64,000 bases of DNA from Trichosphaerium sp. ATCC 40318 (taxonomy: Eukaryota; Protista; Tubulinea), in contig JALMLS010000510.1 in NCBI GenBank assembly GCA_038496445.1, positions 103,560 through 167,559 of the forward strand, written 5' to 3'. The stretch's first letter is position 1; every line of letters begins with the position of its first letter. The translations under genes and the position numbers were made by a program. The notes beneath the pieces are model-generated. The model was not told the origin of the DNA, made no database searches, and saw nothing but the letters and a program-made list of their open reading frames with translations. Positions 38,991 through 50,659 of the stretch are shown piece after piece.

Positions 38991-41900
38991 ATGTCTAAAA
39001 ACCAGGTACGTACCAAAATACAAAAAAGGGTCGTGCTTGTCGTTTTAAAAATGCCCCTTATTTTTATGGTGTAATAAGAGCGCCAAGTCCATTAATTGAG
39101 CCAAACGCTACAAAAAATTATCTTGGACAGTGTGTATTCATGCTAGGGCGCTACTACCGCGCCTTCAGTTTGTGATTTATCAACACCTGTCGTTTTTTGA
39201 CCCCTTTGAAGGTTACGGTAAAGTGCCTGCTCCAAAAGGATAAGAAAAAGGACGATATCCGTCTTGTTACCGTTGATAAACAGATATCATATGATGATTT
39301 CATAAAAACAATTGGGAAGGAATACAAGCAAGCTGTCAGAATCAAAAAGTATAAAGATCACTCAGGAGACCTTATTACTGTTGGACGTAATAGATTTGAT
39401 TGTGCATTGCATTTAAATACAACACCAAAGGACACAGTGTATCAAGTAATATTATACTTACGCACAGATCACAAGGATAAACGAAAGCGTCGTAAGAGCC
39501 TACACAGCTCCACCAAGCAAGCTGCTCACAGTTCCACAAAACAGAGGTGCGTTAATGCACTCCCATCCTCAAAAGAAGGCCAGTTTTATGTAATTTGTTT
39601 CGAAAAAAAGGAAAAAAAGCAAATGTGACATGTGTCAAATGCTCACAACCAAATTTCAAAAAAAAAAAAAAATTTGTTTCAAAAAGGCCACAAACTACCC
39701 CTTGTAATGATCATATTATGGACTAATTGAGTAGCCCCAAGCGACGTAAAAGTTCAAAGCCACAGGAGAGAGGAAGAAAAAAGAGTGCTAGCTTAAGTAC
39801 AAGCGACGAACAGAACTTGGTATGTTTATAAACAACCTAGCTTACATCCGTTTTTTGTGGCAATTCGTTTTCAAACCCTTGGCACTTGTTACTTTCTTTA
39901 TCTGGAGTAATACTGATATTCATAGGCGGAGTCGGGATCTCGAACGCCTTCGTGGAGACAAGAGCCTAAGATGCCACGATTTTCAGCGCACATTGTACCG
40001 TCTTCTCCAGCCACGCGGTACGCCCCTTTTAAGGTCATATTGCTGTAGTCTCATCTATTTTGTACAGTACACCTCCTGGCACACCTTCTCCTTCAACATC
40101 GCCTGTGTCCGGACCAGCTCTTCCCAGTAGTTATGAACACGTATCTCCACATAGCTTTGATAAATCTGGAGATTACTTTGATTCTGTAGACAGAGTACGA
40201 TCTAGTCGTTACTTATTTGTCTTTGAAGTTAATGTCTGTTGAAGGTATCATCAAGAAACAGCGAGCCATTGTCTACTGTGATTGAAAGTAATGAAGGGAG
40301 CATACCGTCATTTCATCAGCTAGAAAACAACGTATCGGCTGCATTGCCTATCACTTTAAAGAGCAAGAAGAAGGATAAAATGCCTGCCTTTATGAAAAAA
40401 AAGCCTGCGAGCATAGATGTATCCCACTCTCCATCAAGCGTACGCTAATACCTCTGATAAGTAAATTAACAAGGAATAGTCTCTGGGCACAGCGTATGCA
40501 CTACCTTCGTTCTTACAGTCACCGCTTCCAGTTTCAGATAGACCACTTCTTGGCCATCACTCCCCCTCGCCTAGTAATTCACCAGCGAATGATGCGCGTC
40601 TCCCTCTGCCTTTAGGATTAGGTGGTGATGATTTTGGCCCGAGAACTATAGGCACGTGACTTTTACAATCAAAAAAAGGAAGTAACAGTACGTGTAATGA
40701 TTTTTTTTTTAGATTCTGGTGTACCTATCCCTCCAGATTCCACTATTCTAACTGGCATGTCAACGAGAGATGGTTCTGGTTCTTGGGAATGGAATGCAGA
40801 TACAAAAGCTGGAGATACATTACCAACTAAGCGTACTACGACTAATGGCAGCACACATGTTGAAGAGCTGATGCGTAGTGACTATATGCACTCTCCGATG
40901 AATATAAGAAGGGTACCGTAAAAAATTATAGCTGTTTGTGTTTTTTGTTGCTAACTCGCTTTCTCAGGGCAAGAAGCTTGGTGTTGGGGCGTTTGGTACC
41001 GTGTACGTTGGAATGAACAACGACACTGGTACTATGATTGCTATTAAAGTGTTAGAAGTGCCTAAAGGAAATAGCGCGAGCGTCAAAAAGGTTTGAGCTT
41101 TGTTTTGTACTTTTGTAGTTTTATCACGTGCGCATATTAACTTTTTTTGTTTCCAGCAAATTTCGACGTTTAAACGGGAAATAGACACCATGAAGAGCCT
41201 AAATCATAAGAATATTGTTAGATATCTGGGTTGCTTTGTGCAAAAAGCTGAAATTAACATTTACCTTGAGTACGTCTTCTTTGTGTGTTAGACAATCTTT
41301 TTTTTTTCACCTTTTTTTTTTGCTAACAACCAACAGATACGTGGCAGGCGGTTCACTTCGGGATATTTTGAGCAAGTTCGGCGCTTTGAGTGAAGTCCTT
41401 GTAAAGCTTTACAGTCGCCAGATTTTGAACGGGCTATCGTACTTGCATGCACGAAAGATACCAATAGTGCACAGGGACATAAAGGGCGCCAGTATCCTTT
41501 TATTTCATTTTATTAATTTCGGGTGTTGTTTTCGGTGCAAGGCTCTTTGTGCCTCCTTCAATTTAGGTTCTTTGACTCTTTGAGATATCCTTGTAGATAC
41601 GCATGGTGTTGTTAAACTGGCTGATTTTGGGTGCTCAAAGAGCATAGAGACCATAGGTTCGTATTTATGACTGTGAGTGATAGTCACCTCATGTATTTGT
41701 AGTGACCCGAGAGGCGTTCTACACAATGTTGGGTACCCCTTATTGGATGGCACCCGAAGTCATGAACAGCAGTGGTCATGGAAGGCACGTGTGGTAATGT
41801 TAATACTCAGTGGTTGACTGTGAATAGGCCGGCTGATATTTGGTCTTTTGGATGTACAATCATTGAGATGGCCACTGGGAAGCCACCGTTTGAAGACATC

Positions 41901-43922
41901 AAAGATTTTATGCAGTTGTTTCACCAAGTGGGAAATAATGGGCGTAAACCACGTATTCCTGATAGATTAACACAAGACGCAAAGGTAAAGAGCTGGATCT
42001 TTTTTTGGCAAACAAGTTACTGATATTGGATTTTTTTTAAAGGATTTTCTGAATTTGTGCTTTAAACAAAAGTCACATGATCGCGCTACAGCTGTAGAAC
42101 TGTTACAACACTTATGGTTAAATTTGGATAACAAGAGTTTGAAACGATCACTTACTCGAACACAACAGATGACAATGAGCTTTTTTAGCGATAGTCCTTT
42201 CAGCCTGTTGCCCACTGAGATTGCTGTACAAATACTAAAGTACGTCTTGAAGGACCCTCCTTATCGTTAATCGTACGGCTGTAGAACACTCGAAGTGAAA
42301 GATGTATTGCGACTGTGCTTGGTCTGCAAGCATTGGCAAAATTTAGCGCAGACTTGGACATTATGGAAGGCGTTTGTAATGGAGCGTTGGCCAAAATTGC
42401 AGCGACAACACATTGGTAAATATACAGAGCTTTGCATTTCTTTTTAAAGCTTACGGTTGAATTCAGACAACTTGAAGGATTACACTACGCGTTACAAGGA
42501 GTTACATTTGTATGATAACTTGTGGAGCGGCTCTTCTAAGTTTGCTCAAGTTGGTAAACAAATTACGCTAAAGGGTCACAAGCAGACATATTGCGTTAGA
42601 TTTTTAAAGGTAAGCACCGTGAGGTCACAGAACATCGCTCTCTTGTTTTTTACTCGTGATTTTTTTATTATTGGAGCATTTTTATCCCTGAAATCACGTG
42701 TTTTAGGACGGCACTTTCTTGAGTGGTGGAGAGGATAAAAAACTCCGCATATGGGAGGAAGATCCAAAAAGACCTCACAGGTGGCGTGTTAAGGACTCCC
42801 TGCGATGTCATGGTGCTATACACTCAATTTTCTCTTTCTCGCCCACCGACAATGTGACTTATTCTGGTGATGATGACTACATCCGCGTTTGGTATGCAAA
42901 AACCACGCTACAATACCGTTTTATTGCTTTGCTAAAGTTAGAGCGCATTGTAGGGAAATACCAACACGCAGGCAGTTGGAAGAAGTGCGTGGACACCATG
43001 GAGCCATTATGGCACTAGATGGACATAAAAGAAAACTTGTGTCAGGAGGAGAAGATGCTAAGATTAGCTTTTGGAACGTAGATAATGGGTATGCCTTTGC
43101 GATATCGCTTTTAATTTTGATGTTTCGAGGGGTTTAAACTGACTGTGTTGATGGTAGTGCTGGCCTTCGTTTGGCGCAACAAATCGATGTGCCCAAGGGT
43201 ACAGCATGGTGTGTGAAGCTATGGCATTCGATGATTGCCTCAGGTACCATTTGTGCAATAAATGTTCTAGGTGTCATTGACGCTTTGTACAAGGTGGTGC
43301 TGGTGGTACAATACAGCTCCGAGATGCGCGGTCCAAGAAGTTGATCAAGACTTACGAAGGTCACACAGGCGATCTAACGTGCTTACACTTTGAGGACAAT
43401 GTGATATTGTCTGGATCCAAGGACGGCACAGTCAAGGAGTGGTTAGCCTTTTTTTTAATCTTCTTCGTTCAAGCTTAACAAGTGTGCTGACAACTACTAC
43501 TCCACAGGAATTGTAGGCAAGACAAGTGCTTGGCAACGTTTCAACGAGGTGGCGACAGCCGTGGTATTACCTCAATGTGTGCGTCACGTTTTTTGTTGCT
43601 TCTGAAATGCGTTGTTGTTGCCAAAGAGGTATTTATGGGTGTTTTTTTTAGTCTTTGATAAACGCAACAATATCATTACTGGTGACGCAAAAGGCGTATT
43701 GAGGACATGGAATTACAATACAGAAAAGTGGGAGCGCGAGTTGAGCAAGGCGCACACAAGCGCCATTACTGGAATGGATTGGCACCCCAATGAGTGTACG
43801 TCTTATGCAACACATTAATTCGCATCAACTGAGCTTACTCGCATTTAGTATCACTGGTAACAATCGGCAAAGACAAGACCATAAGGTTGTGGACACACGA
43901 AATTGATGACGATTTGGATTAA
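38991..43922 (+). CDS. mkkA: MEKK-type MAPKKK with PB1, kinase, F-box and WD40 domains (Dictyostelium MEKKalpha architecture)
   Basis: PB1 (KYKDHSGDLITV), GVGAFGTVY, HRDIKGANILV, DFG, GTPYWMAPE, F-box FSLLPTEIAVQIL, multiple GH..WD repeats. Confidence 0.85.
41492..41584 (+). other. U12-type (minor spliceosome) GT-AG intron
   Basis: Donor GTATCCTTTT; 3' end TTCTTTGACTCTTTGAG; removal restores HRDIKGA-N-ILV. Confidence 0.75.
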
Positions 43923-44247
43923 AGATGAAAAGAATCACATTTAACTTAAAACAAAAAAACCCCACTTCTTCACTTTTCGATTTTTACTGGTGCTTAACAC
44001 ACGCACCAAACGACCGAGAAAAAAGAGCACTCACTGTTCTGTACTATACACATGTACATTAGGCGATTCGACTTGTCCAGTTTTTATTCCAGTATTTTTC
44101 TCTCCTTAGACTTTTGTCCCTATATACTCAACAAAAAGCGCTGGGGACAATTTATGTAGTTTACATGAAATTTTATTAGATTACAAGTGTTAATTTGGGC
44201 CTCTTGGTAAGAAAAAAAAAAAGAAGCCGTTTAGGTTTGACATCATC

Positions 44248-47246
44248 TTAGCTTTTGCTGTCGGTGCTAGCAGAGCTGTTGTTGACCTGCTCATTGTACA
44301 ACGTGATGAGGTGATGGTAGCGCTCTTCAATTTGCTTTACAGTGCGGTCTGGTAGCTTCTCTGCTTGAAAAGTGAGCCATGAGGCAGCTGATGAAGTTGG
44401 TGTCTTCTGCATTGAAAACACCAGAATTGCTTTGTCCCTAAATTGAACCCTATAAGCTACTTCACAAGTAGTAGGTGTTACGTACTCTTGTTTTGTCCAC
44501 GGCTTTGTCATAGCTGCAGGCTCAGGCACCAGGCGAACGCCTTGACTGGGCTCAGGAGACGACGCGGTGTTGACTACTGTAGGAGAATGGGTATTGATTG
44601 TTGGTGTATATTGAGCTGCAATTCCACCTACATCACCTGCTGATGGTGTTGCCATTGGCTCAGGTGTTGGTGCCCATAGTTCATCATTCGGTGGCGCTGA
44701 AATTACGTCAGATACCTAGTAGTTCTTGTTTAGCGCCTGCATTACAATGAAAGGATGAGGTACCTGTTGTATCTGTTCGTCATCTGAATCAGTGAGTTCG
44801 TCCTCCTCAAATCCCTAAACGTTCGGTATAAGCTGCCAGCCGGGCTGTGTGGTGGGAGACAGCGGGTACCTGCGACTCAGACTCGTAGCCTGCGATGGTA
44901 TTTGTATTGTTTTGCTGGCTCCTAAGCTTCTCTCGACGCTGTGTTTCTATATTTGCCTCTAGATCGGCAAGCCTCTTGGTGTAATAATATGTGTTGTCCG
45001 CTATTTGGCTTGCATTGTTAACAGTGTCACGTTTACCAATGCTAACAGGCGATGGGACCTGCACAGGGTGCTGCAACGTTGTTGGAGGAAATAATTGTCT
45101 ATGGTGACAGCTGGTAAGGGAAGTGACGGCGATACAGAGGTGGAGGGGTAAACACGTACCTAGAGCTCTTTGTCCTGTTACGTTTTCCAGGTGTGTAGAC
45201 AGTTGCAGGTGTGTTGCTCTGTGATTGTTTACAAAACTGAAGCAGCACTGAGGGCGGTCTACCAGGCAAGAGGCGCTTCCAAATTACTAAAAAGTTGCTG
45301 CCATACATTTGTACTCCACGGATAAACAGACTAATCTCTTGGTAGGTGAATGGCAACGCCATGCAATTTAGATAATCCTACATGGGCGCGTCGTGTCAGT
45401 TATGGTAATTACAATGGTGCTAGTACCATGACTGGATTTGCAATAGCATGAGCATCATTCCTGCCAGAACTAAGCGTAGTATACCTGTTTTGTAGCTGAT
45501 TAACAGTCTTATGCGGTAAAAGACCATCTCGTATTTGTGCCCAGTGCCGCAAGCCATGCAGGTTAAGCCCAATCCCAAGCAAACGGTCTTCGGCTGGTGT
45601 GAACCTTGTGGGGATAGTTAGATAAGTAAAGGGGAGTCAGTTATTTGCAATTAGCCAAGGTACCTGGAGCGCCGTGATGGTATGGTATCTGACGGCCTGA
45701 GGTTCGCTTTAAACAGCTTTGAAAACATGGCTTCAATTTGTTGAGCACGATCACGTGTCAGCGGACTTTCAGCACTTTGAACTGGCCCTAAGGCAGGCCA
45801 AGCCAATGTAGATACTTGCTGTAGATAGTGCAAGTGGGGCATGTCCAGAACAGACCGTTTAGGCCGGACGTTTGCCTAAAAATGTTCTGAGTTGACCTGA
45901 ACGCATTTCTAATGAAGGCGGTTTAAAAACCCCGCTACATACAGTTGGTGATAATAAACCGACTTCAATGTTGTGACGGAGAGTCAGAAATGATACCATT
46001 TTGTTTCTCAAATGACCAAGTTCTAGCTGTACAAACAACAAGTGTTAGAAGAGGTCAAAACTATTGTTGGAAATCAAAAAATTGGTACAATCATTTTCCA
46101 GCATTCCACGGCGGGCGGGTGCTGCTGAGGTGCGCCTTGTCTACCGTGTAAGAAACCTTGCATTAATTGCTGAAAGTGCTGCACCAACTGTTCTCGTAGC
46201 GTGTCTTGTTGTTTTTCTGAAAACAAGAGCGTGACCTGTATTACTCTCTTTTGTTGTGCTGGCAGGATACGCCTAAACCCTGCAAAAACACCTAGTAAGA
46301 AACCGCTATTTTATTGTCCCACCGGTGTACCTGTATCTGAAGGCTTTCTTTTTTGCCATAAGGACCCACGCTTGCGCGGTGTACTGTCAGTGCACGCCTC
46401 GAACGTAAATTGAATAATCTTGCACGTTTATAGTATGCGCACCTGCACTACAGCGTCTGTAACTTCTACCACATCTTCAATTTCGCGATCTAATGGTGTG
46501 TTAGCAATCCGCCTATGTCAACCATCCATACTGGGTATTTTCCATTCGGCCTGCAACGAGATGTCTCCTTTCTTGAGTGGGTTGTTGAGGACATCTTCGT
46601 TGAAATCATACTCGCTATCCTTGGGATCGTCTTCGCTAACTAGCTCAGGGTTGCCCTGATGGAAGGCGTTTAGGAAGTTGGCCCACCTCAACAAAGCTTT
46701 AGTTACACGTGTTTCGTGCCCACGAGAAAAAACTGTTAACATGTTTTTCATTTCTTACTCTGGCGTGTATTCTCTTGGTGGCAACATTAAAGGCTCCTCT
46801 CCAACTTTTTAAAACAGTTAGCAAGAAAAAATATCAACAAAGAACCATATCTAACCTAGCTCGGCTTCTATCTTCTCCATAGGTTCATTGACAAGGTCCA
46901 ATTTGTTTCTTGTTCGTTCTGCTATTATCGAAGATGGAGACAAGTCCAAATACTGGTCTACTTGGTGTAACTACGCATTTTTTAGTAAATTAAGACGTTT
47001 TACACCACTAAAAGCAATTTGATAACAAAATTAACGTATATACGTATATATAACAGAAAGGAGCTTGCCCACGCGCGTAATGGTCGTATTGACCGCTACG
47101 CTGGCTTTACAATTTTACGCGGTTGTACCTCTTGTGCGTCTGGCATAAACTCGTCATCTTCTTCCTCACTGGCCCATACAGAATAAAATCCACTTGTGCG
47201 ACGATTATTTTGGTTTGTAGTTGTTAACGTACTTCATCGGTTCCAT
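44248..47246 (-). CDS. GON4L/YY1AP1/DUO3-like Myb/SANT protein
   Basis: Two IA.RTR..LDL motifs, FTPAEDRLLGIGL Myb repeat, C-terminal WTKQEDKAIL...RTVKQIEERYHHL SANT-like domain. Confidence 0.7.
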
Positions 47247-47433
47247 TTGCATTCATTTGGTTCAATAGCAAGTGTGCACGCTATATATATGGTTATGATA
47301 GCAATATTTTAAAACTGGAGCGCTTTGGGGTTGTATGCTTCTCTGAAAGCCACTAATCCTTTTTTTGCGCCTCAAAAAGTCAACAACGTTTCAACAAATA
47401 TGATTGTGAACGCGAATTTATTACACTCTATGT

Positions 47434-50400
47434 CTAGGATTGATCCATAGGTGTTGGCACAAGACTCGATAATAAATCAGGGAGCAAGTCCAAGATGCGT
47501 TCTGCAAGGTCATCATCCACGTAGTTCCACTTGACTTGAATACTGTTCTACACGGTGATTCCCGGGTTAATCAATGCCGAAAACGATTCAAAAAAAAAGA
47601 GGATTAGTACGCACTGTGTTGAGTGTCATTGAGATGCTGCGAACGCGCACCTCGCTGTCGAAGTGTGAGACAGCGATTGAGGAGTGTATCCACCTATTGT
47701 AAAAGTGGGTGGTTAGGAACTAGCCTACGTGGCGATGGCGTACTCTCGCAATTTGTTGTATAATTCCCTGAAAAAGGCAGGCACATCTGCCGGAGACGTA
47801 GGCATACTTATCAGTTGCGTGAACTCGAGATGATGTCTTTTGAGGCCTAGCTCGAACATGGCTTCAGAAGGTTCCAATATGTTGACTTGCTGCAAGTCAC
47901 GCGTGTTAGGACTAACATGTGTACAAATCAAATCAAACAGTTGGCGTCTGTACCTCGTTCTCCTTCATTACTATCACGCCATTGATTTCAGAGGTTCTTG
48001 AACGTTTTGCTGAGGGCTCTTTTTGATTTCCAGATATGACTACCACGTTGTGTTGTTAACAATCAAAATTGTAGTTGCAATAAAAGTTGGTGGGTCGCCA
48101 TACCTGAGTCACGGAACCTATTTTTAACATGAAACTGTTTGTTTACCAATGCAACACTCAAGTTTGCAGGTATGCCATGCTTCGTATTTATGACAATGCT
48201 TTCACCATTAGCAGGGTCGTATGCAGGTAATCCCATTTCATTGTTAATGCGCTTTTTTAGGAATTGCCTAGGACAAATGGATTAAGAACCTACCTGCGAA
48301 AAGTGTATGGGTGCTTAAGTAATGGCAACTTACATGCGATCACGCTCGCCATGAACTAGGACAACGTTGCTAGGGTTGCACTGCTTAATGAGCTGCATTA
48401 TACCCTTTGCATCTGCGTGGGCTGAGAAAGATAGACTGCGTACATCGCAGCGGACATCAAGGTGAGTGGATTTGTCGATAGCAATCTAATTAAAAAAAAA
48501 CCGACGTCAATCAGAAACGTTTACCAAAACATGTGTTTTTTCTTTGCGTACATTTTTACGCTGACCTTTAATGATCTTATTACCAACAGTGCCAGTGACA
48601 CAATAACCAGGTAATATACAGAGGTTGTTTGGATTTGGTGCCCAAAGCTTGAAGACCTCCAATGACATCCCTGCAACCCATCTTAGCACCGTTTTAGTAA
48701 ACAAATATCCGAACCTGCGTGTAGCATGCCGGGTGTAGCGAACAGAACCATAGGCCCAGGTTTGTCCATTAAGCTGCGATCAAAGGGTTTAATGTGATTA
48801 AATTCAAACATATTTCTATATCACACGAGTAATTAGTATACACGTGGGGCTAGGATGGCACGTTAAACAACAAAGTATTGTAGTACCTCTTTACAAAAGT
48901 ACTCTTGATTTTTTGATTCGTCCAATTAATAAATAGTTTATAGTACATGTTAGCTTTCTCCACAAGACCTGTAATACAACCAACTTGTAAATATAAAAAA
49001 AATTGACAAAGTCAATTGTAAGGGACAGATGGGGTACCTGCTGAAAAATAAACAGGGACGTTGAGGTTCATGCGCTCCCAGTAAGTTTCAACAAGAATAC
49101 ACAATTCTTGCGCTCTACCGAGTGCGAAAACAGGAATAAGAACTTTACCGCCTTTCTCTACCTGTAGAAATAAAAAATGTGATTAACCAAATTGAACGCT
49201 ATTTGCAAAGCTTACACAGTCATGTACACGCTTTAGAAAGTCTCTTTCACGTGACCGCTTGGAGTCGCGGATTTTAGTGGCATACCTAACGCTACGTTAA
49301 GCAATGCTATTTTGTTACAATGGTAACAAATGAAAGTACGTTGTTTCAGTTATGAGAACGTCCGCATTCACCTTGCCAATGCAAGCCGAACCCAAATGTC
49401 TGTCAGGTGTCATGTTGTAGTCTCCTATACATCACCAGTTTAATTCACATATAATAGGTTCTCACAGTCACATGGAGTGAGTGGTGCGTACCTGTGTATA
49501 CAACTGATTCCGAACCGACCTTGACTTCAAACATTGCCGCACCTAACACGTGCCCAGCGTAATGTGGGCATACCGTAAAACCCTCTTCCACATGCACAGT
49601 CTCCTTCAAGTTAACCGGCGTTACTGATTTGAGTATTAGTATTATTCATTAACAAAACCCTCCAAACACCAACAAACAGTGATTACCTTTTGCCATACAA
49701 TTCCGTATCTGCTCTGAGGTAAAGAAGCCTGTCTCGCCCTTACGTTCAGCGCATATCTTGCGCATATCTTCCAAAAGTATAGGAGCGATTGCTTTTGTTG
49801 GGTACTAGGCAAAACACCGTGAGTAGGCTCAGCGCTATGGAGCAAAAGTGGATAAGTACCGTCATGTATATCGGTCCATCGTATCCACAGCACTCTGTAA
49901 AGAACGGTACGGCTCCACAATGATCTAAGTGGCTAAGTTGTGCAGTTAATCAAAATAATATTTGCAAACGAGTCGAAGGGTAAGTTTGTGGGGAAGATAC
50001 AAGTGCGATATGATGACACAATCTATGTAACAGGAACCGCATTAGTAATCGCTTTTGTGTTGCACCAAAGGTGAGGGGCATAGGGTACCTATAATTTCGT
50101 TGAATCTGCCTGTCTTGGAGATGTAACTAAAGTCAGGGAAACGTCTGTGGTCGTTGTAGCCCATGTGCATCCCACAATCGAACCTGGCATGGCCACATGT
50201 CAGTAACAAATCAATTAAATACAGCGCGTCGAACAGCGTAGAGCGCAATGTTGCGATGAGGTGCGTACATAATGTTTTTTCCGCCGATTGTAACAAGAAT
50301 ACAACTACGTCCCACATCTTGCCCAGCACCTTACGTTTACGTTAACGCGATCGTTTTTAGTGGTTAACGCGGCAAACGTGCTGCGTTTAAAACAAAAGGA

Positions 50401-50440
50401 GCTTTAGTGTACCTAAGGGCACTATTTGAATCTGAGACAT
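47434..50440 (-). CDS. INTS11: Integrator complex subunit 11 (CPSF3L, beta-CASP nuclease)
   Basis: [61 protein letters not shown]. Confidence 0.95.
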
Positions 50441-50659
50441 GCTTCTACGCTGTGATTGTTGTTTTTAATGTTGCCTTAACGAAATAAGCACGAATCACGC
50501 GTATTATAACACCCAACATAGCGTATGGCGCAAAGCGTCGATGAACTATAGATACACGACAGTAAATCGCATTTGCTAGTTTTTTGTATCTTACATTTGC
50601 GTAAACGTACGATTGTGAATGAGGTGGCTGAAAATATGAAATTTGAGTGCGAACAGTAA

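Noticed and set aside
49936-50000. GTATCTT donors (INTS11 here; also ~1156) as additional U12 introns
   Set aside because: They miss the CC of RTATCCT and lack a U12-type branch point; U2-type signals suffice.
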